DNA from: Mytilus californianus
Lineage: Eukaryota
NCBI RefSeq assembly: GCF_021869535.1
Contig: NW_026262712.1
Span: forward strand, 115,568,001-115,632,000
DNA length: 64,000 nucleotides
Reading direction: 5' to 3'
Under the pieces are notes generated by a model, which was not told the origin of the DNA, ran no database searches, and saw nothing but the letters and a program-made list of their open reading frames with translations. Below are positions 48,601-61,334 of this stretch, piece after piece. Within the stretch, counting starts at the first letter, position 1. Every line of letters begins with the position of its first letter. The translations under genes and the position numbers were made by a program.

Positions 48601-51290
48601 ATCGTTAAGCCCTTTTCAACTGATTTTTATAGTCTGTTTATATGTTGTACTGTTACATCAATGTCCCAGGATAAAGGGAGGGTTCGGCGCCCGCTAACAT
48701 GCTAAACCCCGCGTTCTGTGTGTGCCTGTCCCAAGTCGACAGCCTGTGATTCAGTGGTTGCTGTTTGTTGCTGTGTGTCGTATTTGTTTTTCGTTCATTG
48801 TATTTTTACATAAATCAGTTCGGTTTTTTTCGTATGAATTGTTTTAAATTTGTCATTTCGGGGCCTTTTATAGCTGACTTTGCGGTATGGGTTTTGCTCA
48901 TTGTTGAAGACATTACGGTGACCTATAGTGGTTAACTTCTATGTCATTTGGTGGCTGGTGGAGAGTTGTCTCATTGGCAATTATACCACATCTTCTTATT
49001 TTTATACTTAATAGGCGTTTTATACTGTGCTTGGGTGGAACTTGGATTTTATAATCGCTTGGATCAATACTGTCCAGTGCCCCATTTGTGGCTTCTAGTA
49101 TTTCATCAAATGTAAAGCAAGTGTACATATTTTTTGCTTCAAATGTAAATAGGGAGCAGTCTCGTGGGGTTTTATATTTTTATTCGAATTAATAAAACTT
49201 GACGTATCTTTTATATATGTATTTTAACAAGTGGAACAATAAAATAATCTATATAGTGTCCATTGTTGTGAAGAGGCGTTCTGCAAAGTAATAAAATTAG
49301 TCTGTCCTGAATTAAATTTTCTAGTCTAGTAACTTCGTTTTTTTCAGGTATTTTATGTATTTTAGGCAAAATATAGAACTTTCCAACTTAAATTTTAATT
49401 CTTTATTGATGTTTTCTTTCAAATATGAAATATCAAAATATTCTGTCAATATGATTGTCAACAATTTTTTTTATAATGTATATTATGTAATTATCTTTAC
49501 TCTGCACGTAAATAGTTGTCTTTGTTTTGCGGCTATGTTGATTTAAGAACCCGTACATTAAGATACGATCTATGTAAGCTTATTATTATGTCTTGTCGGG
49601 GACTTTCGGTATCGGTTTTGCTCATTGTTGAAGGCTGCACGGTGACCAATAGTTGGTAGCATCTATGATTGGTCTCTGTTTGAGAGTTGTCTTATTGGTA
49701 ATCATACCTTATCTCCGTATTTTATATAAGGTGAAGACATATAGTCATCCCTGGAATTATCCAGTTGGGCAGTAAGAATCGTTGTTAAAGTAAGGCGTCA
49801 GCTCGGTTTTGCGGGATATATAAATACATAGACACAACTGGTTGGAAAGGGAAACTTAAATCCGATGTCTGGTGAAGAGAGTGTACATGCACGTTCAAGA
49901 ACTCATGCAACACGAGGGGTTTGTTGGTAGGATAAATTGTCTGTTCTATCCATCATAATCTCATTTCCCAGTGGCAGTCCAAATTATTGCCCTTCGTCTC
50001 GGTCGATCTACCTGGCAGAACCTACCTGCCGTATATATTGTTTATATGTTCTCGTCTTTGTTATACATTTGAATGAAGTACTTCCAACTGGATGTTAAGC
50101 ATCAACAATCAATCAATCCATCAGATTATAAAAAAAACTATTTTGGATTCAGATTAAAAAATAAGTTTACATTTAAAAAACTAAATATTTCAAAGGAATG
50201 TCTACATAAACAATAAAATACATGTATATGAAAAGTTGCAAATCAAACTTTCTTTCTTTTTATCTAATTTAACATATAGAGCGCTTTCAAATATTCTCTT
50301 CATCATCTGAATATTTTTTCAGTTACTTATAACCAATTTTCCAACCAGGTTTTATAACTTAATTCATAAGAAACTTTTGTGTTTATATACATGAATACAA
50401 GTTCAGATCAAGACATTGTTAATTGAATAAACTGTATTTTTATTAAGTATTACAGTACGTTTCAAAGTCCGTTGTGTTTCCAAATTTTTTTCGCTACATT
50501 TACGCTATTACATTATATATTTTTTTCAATATGACCTTTAATAGTGTTATATTTTTTTACACCCCAAAAAATTGTTTGTCCAATATATGTTTTACTTGAA
50601 GTATTATGCACAATGTTCTGAATCAGGTTAGGGCCACATTGAAAAAGAAATGTCGTAATACCGACATCCTATGTTCTGCTTCCGTAGTTATGCATTTTGA
50701 CCAGACAAAGGAAATAAAATTAACAAAGCAGGATAAAATACAAAAATTAACAAAGCAGGATAAAATACAAAAATTAACGTCGGCCCGCCTTATTTCCAAT
50801 GCCAAGATGGTATGCCATGATGGTTTTAAACGGAAATCTGACAGTATTTATTTGTTTTGGTCTATATCATCATTGTAGAAACAAAACTTTAAATTTTCAC
50901 CCTTCCTTAAATATACATTTGACTTCAGTATATGTTTTTGTGTTTCCGTTTCTTACACGAAATGGTTTCTAATTCGGTCAAGAAATATTAAACAAAAACA
51001 GCAAGAAATACCCAATAGATTATGTGTTTTATTGTTATAATACTTTCGTTTTTTCTTACGTTTCCTTTATTTGTTTTAAAACAAGACCGGATGCTTCGAC
51101 AATGTAAGAATTTCCTGATTATGCACCTATCATCCGCTTTTTAAACTCAGTTTCAGTCAAATATGTCCCGAATGTAAATTGAACACGAACTGAACTTTAC
51201 AAATATGAGTAACCTTTCAAAACTATATTGTTTTAGGGTGAAAATTGATAAAGTAGAGATAACTGATACATCATATATGGTGGATACAAT

Positions 51291-52401
51291 ATGAATACAA
51301 CAAAACTTGTTGACACAACGCTTTTGATGTGCACTGGGAATGAGCTGATCAGAAGTGAGTTTGATGACCACTACTTTCGTATTATTCACTTAAAGGGGCC
51401 GGTATGTGCCACTGTTAATTTATCTGCGGAACACGAACAAACAATCGTTAAGGAATACAAACTTCCTGACAGGTTAAGAGGTCAGATATTTTTTGGGAAA
51501 ACATTATGCATTGGGTATAGTTTTCCAGTATATGTATTTCAGTATCGATTGGAAGACGAATGGGTTGATGTCATGTTGATGATTTTAAATTCAGAAAATG
51601 AAATATTTCATTTTGTTGATCACCATGCGATGATACATGAATGGTGGAGAGAAACTAATCCTTTAAAAGAACCATTAGAATGTTTGATATCTCCAGATTT
51701 AGACATGTTTCTATTCAGATGTCCTATGGAAGCATCGGCTAGCCTCGGTTTGGATTGGTTTTCAATATCTGAAAAGTCTATGTCGACGACTGGAGAAAGA
51801 ACAAAAATTTCAAATCTTAAGGCTAAAGATGAAATAAGTTATATCTTTCATCCAAGTCATCCTTGTTCAGTCATTTCAGTGTTACATGTTAACTCTGGCC
51901 ATTTACGTATAGGCTTAAGACATTAAAATTCTAAAAACATGGATGTGGTTTATAGGATTTCAGGTGGGTGGTTGTGTAGACAATATGGACAACCTGATAT
52001 AAAATTTCCAGATATACATAGCAAATGTAACATTGTCAAAAACAGTTGCAAACTAATTGCAAGTCGTAGTAAAGATGTATTAGCACAGTGCTTCATTACT
52101 CAAGATAAACACACCAATGGTATTGTGCATATAATCATATATTTCTCTAATGACATGTCGTCATTACTGAATGAGGAAAAGTGTTTAAGTCAAAGCGTTG
52201 AAACTATTGTGCCTTAATTCTCACTGTGCGATTCAGAATTACAAATCTGGAATCCGAATTTTTCAACAAAATATGCTTCCTTTCAAGTTCATCGTCTAAA
52301 TGGTTATGTGTCGAGCAGCGATTCTGAGGACTTGCTCTCCGTCTAGTATAGAAGACCTGCCCTTACCAACGTCATTAAAAGAATATTTAAAATTTATCTA
52401 A
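51291..52401 (+). pseudogene. Pseudogenised paralog of the SOCS-box gene
   Basis: Colinear with 23803-24909; in-frame TAA at 51924-51926 and 52215-52217, and a 5-nt deletion at ~52300 that frameshifts the BC box. Confidence 0.92.
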
Positions 52402-53209
52402 TTCTGAATGATCACTTTTTTAAGAATATGTTACTCTTGCATTGTCATTAAATAACTTTTTTTCAAATGAAAAAAATATGTTTTAAAACTATCTATTTGG
52501 TGTAAAACGTAACAAAAATTGATATCTTAAGATGTAATAAAGAATGTCTTTTTCAATCTGTATTTAGTTTCAATGGAACATAACATCTCCCTTTAAGTTC
52601 GAATTAAATTTGCAAATAAAAAAATGAGAAAGAAAATTTTATTGCTACATATCAAGTTGATATTCTGGTGTCATTTATTCACATTTTGTCAATTGTATAC
52701 GTGTTTTTAACATATATGCTTACGTTTCTTTATACCTTTAAGAATACACACACATACTTACTAACATAGTCACATTAAAGGCATATAGATATGCGTATAT
52801 GTATAAACTCTTCGATGCATACGTAATCATTCATATACTTATAATCGTATTCCAGCAGTTCCATCTTTTTCCACTAATATCAATATATATATCCTGTATA
52901 AAAAAAGTAGAACAAAAATACCATACTACACGGAAAATTCAAAACGAAAAGACAAAACCATGTGGGGAATAAACAGATTGCCATGCCTCACATTCATACC
53001 TTCGTCCAAACTGAACGTTCTGGGAGTTGAACATTGACAAACATGCTACAGCCTGGCAAATGTTAAATATGCCTGTCCCAAGTCAGGTTGTTGTTGGTAG
53101 ATGTTTGTCATATAAGTCTTTTGTTTATTCTTTAGCAGAACACAGGCCGATGGTATTCTCATAAGATTTTGTTTCGTTTCACATTTTATTCATGTCGGGT
53201 CTCTTATAA

Positions 53210-53515
53210 ATTACGATACGGAATGTTTTGCTCATTGTTAAAGGTCGTATATCCATGTTTCGCGGTCTTTATGACTTATGAAATATATTGCTTATTGTTT
53301 AAGGTCGTATATCCATGCTTCGAAGCCATCATAACTTATGATACGGAATGTTTTGCTCATTGTTGAATATCGTATATCCATGTTTCTTGGCCTTTCTGAC
53401 TTAAGATACGGAATGTTTGGCCCATTGTTACAGGTCGTATATCCGTATTTTTTAGCCTTTATAACTTAAGATACAGAATTTCTTGCACATTGTTGAAGGT
53501 CGTATATCCATGTTT
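53210..53515. repeat. ~64-bp tandem array x ~4.7, derived from an internal piece of the common interspersed repeat
   Basis: GATAC(G/A)GAAT at 53215, 53340, 53405, 53470; the unit contains GCTCATTGTTGAAGGTCGTA. Confidence 0.85.
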
Positions 53516-54299
53516 TTGATTTCTGGTATATAGAAGTCTCACTTCATTCCATATCTCCTGTACATTTTTATGTACTAGTATACAAACACTCAAATAGAGC
53601 AGATTGCAAAGCTTTTATTAACAAACATATGACCGTAATGAATAGCTCAATTAAACACTTAATGAAGCCTTTGCAATCAAAACTATATCCAAATTTCACA
53701 CCCCAATAACGGGAATTGTCAAGCCTTCACAAATTAACCCTTATCCAGCCCAATCAAATAGATAGTCAAGCTTTCATATAACAAAAGTGATTACGCCGAA
53801 AAGTCTCGCCTGCTTTAATGAGCACGATTGATGGTATGTTGAAAGTGTTAAAAAAAGGTTGTACCACAAGCATTACATGAAACTAACATTTTCAATAATC
53901 CATGTAAGTGGAGTTAATGTCAGATCGTCCTGCCAGACGGACATGAACGTCTTACAATAATTCCATACACAAAATAAAGTTAACATATTACTTATAGTAT
54001 CTGACTAAACGGACATAACAAAGAAAACGAAACGCTGACCTTTCAACCATGGAAATGAGGTAAAGGTCAGATGAAACCCATCAGACAGACATGTACAACA
54101 ATGTATATAGTTGTCCTATTACTAAAGGATTTCTTGGAAACTTAATGACTGGACAGAAAACAGTACATAAAGGATTGCGCGGAAACCTAAAGATTCGACA
54201 GCAACCGAACACAGACCTTTTCATCGAACCATAAAGACCCATAATAGTAAAAAAGCATTAAATAGAAACTCAAAGACTAAACAGAAAACATTTCACATC

Positions 54300-55060
54300 A
54301 AATGACTGGACGGAACACAATACACAAAATACCATAGGTAACATAAAGACTGGACAGAAAACAGTCCACCAACCTTTTCACGAAAAATCTCAAGGCTGGA
54401 CAGAAAACATTCCACAAAACATATCACGAAAATCTAAAGGCTGGACAGAAAACATTTCACAAAACATTTCGCGAAAACCTACAGGCTGGACAGAAAACAG
54501 TTCACAAATCATTTCACGAAAACCTAAAGGCTGGACAGAAAACAGTCCTAAAACATTTTACTGAAATCTAAAGGCTGGATAGAAAACAGTTCACAATACA
54601 TATCACGAAAACCTAAAGGCTGGACATAAAAACACACCTAAAACATTTCAGGAAAACCTAAAGGCTGAACAGAAAACAGTTCACAAAACATGTATATCAC
54701 GAAAACATAAAGGCTTGACCGAAAACAGTCCACAAAACATATCACTAAAACCTAAAGGCTGGACAGAAAACAGTTAACAAAACATTTCTGGAAAACCTAA
54801 ATGCTGGACAGAAAACAGTCCACAAAACATTTCAGGAAAACCTAAAGGCTGGACAGAAAATCAGTCCACAAATCATTTCACGAAAATATAAAGGCTGGAC
54901 AGAAAACATTCCACAAAACATATCACGAAACCTAAAGGCTGGACAGAAAACATTCCACAAAACATATCACAAAAACCTAAAGGCTGCACAGAAAACAGTC
55001 CACAAACCATTGCAGAAAACATTCCACAATACAATTATGGATTGGACAGAAAACATTATG
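54300..55060 (-). repeat. ~45-bp minisatellite, inverted counterpart of 19660-20780
   Basis: A(A/C)GGCTGGACAGAAAACA at 45-nt spacing (~54391, 54436, 54481, 54526). Confidence 0.9.
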
Positions 55061-56631
55061 CAAAACACTATGCGGTACAACTCTACACTGAGCAACGCAA
55101 GATCAACAGAAAAGGGAGTGAACTCATATACTCTGGAAGGTTCCCAATTTCTGATTTACTAGTGGCACTCATCGTATTATTCACGACACAGTCGCATTCT
55201 TTGATACGATATATAAATTACACTCATGCGATATATAAAATTATATATATTACGCTCATTAGATATAAATATACTTCACTCAATAGATACATAAATTACA
55301 CTCATTAGATACATAAACTACACTCATTAGATACATAAACTACACTCATTAGATACATAAATTACACTCATTAGATACATAAACTACGCTCATTAGATAT
55401 AAATATACTTCACTCAATAGATACATAAATTACACTCATTAGATACATGAACTACACTCATAAGATACATAAATTACACTCATTAGATACATAAACTACA
55501 CTCATTAGATACATAAATTACACTCATTAGATACATAAATTACACTCATTAGATATATAAAATCTGGTTGTATCAATATTTCAAGGGTTTGTCTTTCATA
55601 CTTAAACTTTGTTTGCGGGGTAAGGATAAAGCAAACAAAAGGAATATGATTATAAATAAAATGTTATCAAATAATATACAACCTGATTATAAACTCAACG
55701 ATAAGTTTTTAGCATGAGATTTGACCTTAGTAGGATTTGGCTATTAGTTTAGGTCCCTTTTGGTCAGACAGCTGTTAGCGTCTAAAGGCTGGACAGAAAA
55801 CATTCCACAAAACATATCACAAAAACCTAAAGGCTGCACAGAAAACAGTCCACAAACCATTGCAGAAAACATTCCACAATACAATTATGGATTGGACAGA
55901 AAACATTATGCAAAACACTATGCGGTACAACTCTACACTGAGCAACGCAAGATCAACAGAAAAGGGAGTGAACTCATATACTCTGGAAGGTTCCCAATTT
56001 CTGATTTACTAGTGGCACTCATCGTATTATTCACGACACAGTCGCATTCTTTGATACGATATATAAATTACACTCATGCGATATATAAAATTATATATAT
56101 TACGCTCATTAGATAAAAATATACTTCACTCAATAGATACATAAATTACACTCATTAGATACATAAACTACACTCATTAGATACATAAACTACACTCATT
56201 AGATACATAAATTACACTCATTAGATACATAAACTACGCTCATTAGATATAAATATACTTCACTCAATAGATACATAAATTACACTCATTAGATACATGA
56301 ACTACACTCATAAGATACATAAATTACACTCATTAGATACATAAACTACACTCATTAGATACAAAAATTACACTCATTAGATACATAAATTACACTCATT
56401 AGATATATAAAATCTGGTTGTATCAATATTTCAAGGGTTTGTCTTTCATACTTAAACTTTGTTTGCGGGGTAAGGATAAAGCAAACAAAAGGAATATGAT
56501 TATAAATAAAATGTTATCAAATAATATACAACCTGATTATAAACTCAACGATAAGTTTTAAGCATGAGATTTGACCTTAGTAGGATTTGGCTATTATTTT
56601 AGGTCCCATATGGCCAGACAGCTGTTAGCGT
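54932..56631. repeat. Near-identical 850-bp tandem duplication (54932-55781 / 55782-56631), each copy containing a 22-bp minisatellite
   Basis: Same sequence at offset 850 with only a handful of substitutions; ATAAA(T/C)TACACTCATTAGATAC arrays at ~55210-55560 and ~56060-56410. Confidence 0.93.
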
Positions 56632-59133
56632 GTTTTGGTAATTATACACCCTTCGCTTTCAAATTTCTGGCTTTGAGATTTCCTGATGACGATAAATCTA
56701 GAAAAGCGCTTTGGACGCATACATTTGTAAAGTATAATCTAAATTTCTTAAGTCAAGTAAGTTTCATTCATTTATTTCACCATGTGCATCAGCTGTGAAA
56801 TATGCACATTGTTTTCTAAAACAGTCTACTTGTTATAGATGCATAATCAAGTAACTAATAAATAGACATTAAATATCATCCTGAAAAAAAAACGAGAGAA
56901 ATATTTTATGCATGTTTGTTTTACTGTAGTTGAAACCAGAACGATGGTTAAACATGAGAGTAAAACATAGATGTAGCATATTTCAATGAAGAGCAGTTTG
57001 GTCTAGATATACGTCTCAACTGAGAAACCTTGGAACTCATTTCAAAATCTAAATTAAAGATTTTTTTCGAGATATGTCTTAACTGAGATACCTTGAAACT
57101 CTTTATATAATCTGAATCAAAAGTTTTGTCTAGATATAAGTCTCAGCTGAGCAACCATTAAACTCGGTATCAAACTCTGAATCAAAGGTTTTGTCTAGAT
57201 ATACGCTTTAATTGCAAAAACTTGAAATTCCTTATGGAGTAGGAATCGCAGATTCATAAAACCTGGTAACACAACTGGCGATAGTGTTTTTATGTCAGGA
57301 TACTAAACTTTTCGCTAACACTTTAATTTCAATCGCGTTTTTAAAAACAATTTCTTCAAAATTTGATTGCTTATATATGTCAACAACTATGTCATAATAT
57401 GGAAATTTGATGCGAACGTTTGATTTCTTAATTTATATAAGTGTCAATATATAAAATCTGATTTGTATTGTTGCGTCATGCATTGTGTTTAAGAATTTGT
57501 TTAATGTAGGAAGACACCTGTTGGCCAAATAAAATAAGTCCAAAATGTTCAGACACCTTGGCAACTAACATAAATAATACAAAGAAATACAAAGAACATC
57601 CAAACAACACACACAATTTAATGAAATTATGTCTTTTGGTTTAAATATGGCATTAATTTCCCAAATAGATAAAAGTATTATCCGGAAGTCGAAGGGGTTT
57701 TAGGGTATTCCTCTTTATATCACCTAATCATTGAGAACGTTCTTGAGACAAGTTGATGCCTAGTCATGTTGGCGTCTATAGAATTTATCATCGACCAATT
57801 GACAACCAACAATTGCCTTGTCATACTGATGCCCATAGTATTATTCATTGTTCATTAATGTCATTATCGACAAGTTCTTGGACCGAAAGATAGAAAATTA
57901 ATCATATATAATAGTTTAATATAACTTTACAGATAGTTATATATCGTATACATGCAACTTTACTTGTTGAATGGAATGTAATACACAATTTAACTTTTCG
58001 TTTTTTTGTCACAATTATTGACCATCAGATATACTAAAAAAATCCTCCTTTTCCTTAAATAAATAACTGAAGTTAACAGACAAATGTGATTATTGCATCA
58101 GGCCATTAAGTAACGTATTGCAGAATTTTAAATAGATGTAAGGTCTTGTTGATACATATCATCATATGTCAACAAAAGTCAGTTATGAAAATATTTCAAT
58201 CTATAAAAAACCCTATGGATTGTCATTTGTGGTTTTAGCAGCTTTTGAACGTTTGTATTAGGTTTTGGATTTGTAAATATTTTGGCCACAGGCACCACTT
58301 AAATGAATTAATTGTCAAAATGCGCATCTAGTGAAGCAAAATTGGTACCGTTAATGTTATAAGACATGCCAGGAAACACATTACAAACGAATCTGATACT
58401 ATGAAACCTACATAATTGTGAAAACACACCAAATTTACAAAGCGATGAAACAATCGTATAAGTAAGTCAGCAAATTACAATTGCTACTTGATTTAGGGAT
58501 AAATAAATATATGCACACATCTAAATACATTTACTCTTTTCATACTTTGCACGGATATGACATAACATAGCCAATTGAGTGATGTCATAGTCCAGTTTTA
58601 CAATAATAATTCTTTGTTTTCAATCATTTATTTTACAAAGTAGAACATTTTAGTGATTCAAAACTAAATTAAAAATGGTATGAAAATGTCACTAAATGAA
58701 TTGTCGAAGATAATATATTGCTTCAACTCTTGACCAGGAATCATATACATACTTTCCACTGTCAGGCTGTATTCCTATACATACTTTGTATCTATGTAAT
58801 CTATAAAAAAAAATGAAAGCTCATCACAAAAAAGACCTTTAGAAGTAAAAATACATCGTAAACTATAGGTACATGTCAATACAATATATCAAGCTCTCAA
58901 TGTTCCGAGTCTTAAATATTTGTGGAAAATGTGACGGAAAAGTTCAAAGATTATAATCAATTAAAAAAACACACTTTAGTTTGCGCTAGTCATTGAACAA
59001 CATAGTTTCATCCTGAATTGATTATGACGCCACTTAGCTTTATTGAATGTCATCGCTTATTTTTTTTTCAAATTTGCATTTTTAGCTTCAGATGCAAATT
59101 TGTTATTTTGTCGTGTGATCTCTGTAACGACTT

Positions 59134-59190
59134 TTAAATGGCCGACATAAAACTTTTCATTTGCATTCGCTGCATTTCTTTTTTCAAAGA
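59134..59190 (-). CDS. Probable last coding exon of the iGluR-like gene (SLKKEMQRMQMKSFMSAI*)
   Basis: Acceptor GTCAG at 59191, phase 0 after the donor at 59258; ends in S-A-I (class I PDZ-ligand pattern); AATAAA at 59044-59039. Confidence 0.55.
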   Translation of the reverse strand, partial: SLKKEMQRMQMKSFMSAI

Positions 59191-59258
59191 CTGACATTGA
59201 CACCAATGTACTTTAATTTATTCTTATTAAACAAAATTGTAACAAATTCATCACCTAC

Positions 59259-59457
59259 CTCTTTGTTAACTTTGTGTTTATAATATCGTTTTTCTATTTC
59301 AAGTCTCACTCGCTTTGAAACCTCCACAATGATTGCTAAAACAATACTGCCAAGTAGAATCAGAAAAACACCAAACATGTTTTCTATTTCTAATTCAGAA
59401 CTTGACTTTATCTGACTCTTTTCTACTTCCGCTTGTGTACAGTTTGAACGCCACCAT
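59259..59457 (-). CDS. iGluR-like exon: end of S2, M4 helix and start of C-tail
   Basis: Acceptor TTCCTTCTTTCAG|, phase 2 completing K-WW; WWRSNC...ELEIENMFGVFLILLGSIVLAIIVE; donor GAG|GTAGGT. Confidence 0.9.
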
Positions 59458-60039
59458 CTGAAAGAAGGAAATTGAGTTAACCAATACACACTCTCAGATC
59501 CAAATTAATAAATTTGTATTTTCATTTTCAAGCGCTTCGTTGATACTTCTGCTGGTTGAATGATAGTCCCCGAGAGTATCGAGTATCATCAGCTCAGTTG
59601 TTAGTGTTGCAGTACTAACATGGTTTAGAGCAAACATTTCTTAGATTCTTCGCTGCAAAATGTAGAAATTAGGACGAAACTAAGGTTTTTACTCCCTCAG
59701 AAAAAGTTTTATGGATTTGGCTTCTCTTTTTATAGATATAAGAGGATGTGGTATGAGTGCCAATGAGACAACTCTCCATCCAAGTCACAATTTGTGTCCA
59801 CTTCATTCATATAACTTCTCCCATATTTTATACATCTTTCGCTTTCAAAGTTTTGAGCTTGAGCGTTCTTGGTGAAGGTAATCTATATGTGTATTTTCAT
59901 TATCATATTGCATACAATTTGTTTAAATTTAAGAATATATACAAATGACCATTAAATCCATTTAACTAAGAAGCCTAGATCATAAGTATGTACATTTCTA
60001 AAATCAAACGGACCAGTGATTATTTCTATGTAAACTTAC

Positions 60040-60574
60040 TTTGCCTTTAAAATATCTAAATGACCATTCTCCTGTAGCATCAACAATGCACGATTGATAT
60101 CATCTCTATAAGGAGCACCACGTGGGAAACCAAAACTATACTGTTTATCACCAAATCCTTGATGTATCGATTCCAACGTAGTGCAGTGCTCCATGGCATA
60201 GTGATCGTTCATTACACTGTCGTCCAAAAACACATATTTGTCGTTTTCCCCTTGAACCATTTTCCGTGCATCCTCTCTCTTATCCGGCATGATATCGACT
60301 TCATTTAACTTCATGTGAATCCACATTCTTTTATAAAGGTCATTATCAGACTTTGCAAAGAATTTTTCCAAATCGCTTCCTTTTAGAACACCGTAACTGA
60401 TCTTCTTTTGAGTGACTAAGGCATCCACAGTCTTGACTCTGTTGTCAATATTTTTTAGCGTGAGGAAAGCAGCAAGGTTTGCCGTGTAAGCAGTAGTTAT
60501 GATAAGAGTACAGAACCAATAAATAGCAACAATTGTTCTCATGGAAGTTGTTTGAGGTGCGTATTCAGTTCCAC
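60040..60574 (-). CDS. iGluR-like exon: pore loop end, M3 and S2
   Basis: Acceptor TGTTACAG|, phase 1; YWFCTLIITTAYTANLAAFLT, ISYGVLKGS, YVFLDDSVMN, KQYSFGFPRGAPYRDDINRALLMLQENGHLDILK; donor AA|GTAAGT. Confidence 0.95.
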
Positions 60575-61334
60575 CTGTAACAGAAAACGAGAATTTATTT
60601 AGGTGGAACTATTTAAAATATGAGAATAAATATGAATCGTATAACCATAACCGTCAATGAGCTAATAAGACCTAAACAAATTAACAGACAAAATCTTCGT
60701 CCCTAATAAAAAACCTTATATTGATATGAATATATTACGACCAAGTATAAGGAACTTGTTTTACTATTCTGTAAGAATGATCTTTGATAATTAAAACTCA
60801 ATATTTTGACCTATCGATCTATTGTCTAATGGTCAGCACAACTGTTGTTAATAGCCATTAGTATGTTGGCGTGAGGAGACGGAGCTAAGTGCAATAATCA
60901 GTACAGCTGTTGTTAATAGTCTATAGCATATCAACGTGAGTAGATGGAGCTTCCCGCAAGTGTTGCCTACAATCGCAAAGGGCTTTATAGAAGTGTAATT
61001 CTACTATAATCCCAAGTCAAATGTAACCATTGCAGTCTGCCTGATATAATATACCTTATCAAGCCTCACAAGAGTTATTGCTTTTTCCGATTTTTGGTAT
61101 AGTTCCCATTGTGTTTTTTAAATTTTATATTTCCAGCAATTTCATTATTATCATTTTACGAAGTAATTTGAAATTCAATTATGTTTCAAATAAATTTTCC
61201 TGCTACAAATTGATATTTCCCCATGATATCCCAAAATGATAGAGTAATTAAAAACTCTGGGTTATCTTATAATTACACATAGCAAAACACAATAATTGAA
61301 CAATAATCAGGAGAAAAAACACAGGATCCTTGAC

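Larger units (their letters stand above)
35700..55210. repeat. Right arm of the large decayed inverted duplication
   Basis: Reverse-complement homology to 19480-33600; about 5 kb longer, mainly because of later retroelement insertions. Confidence 0.88.

Noticed and set aside
55042-56116. Duplicated ORFs 55042-55308 and 55760-56116
   Set aside because: Antisense readings of minisatellite plus retroelement relic inside the 850-bp duplication.
55210-56410. 22-bp (and other) arrays as CRISPR
   Set aside because: Repeats are contiguous with no unique spacers, there are no cas genes, and the context is eukaryotic with spliced genes.
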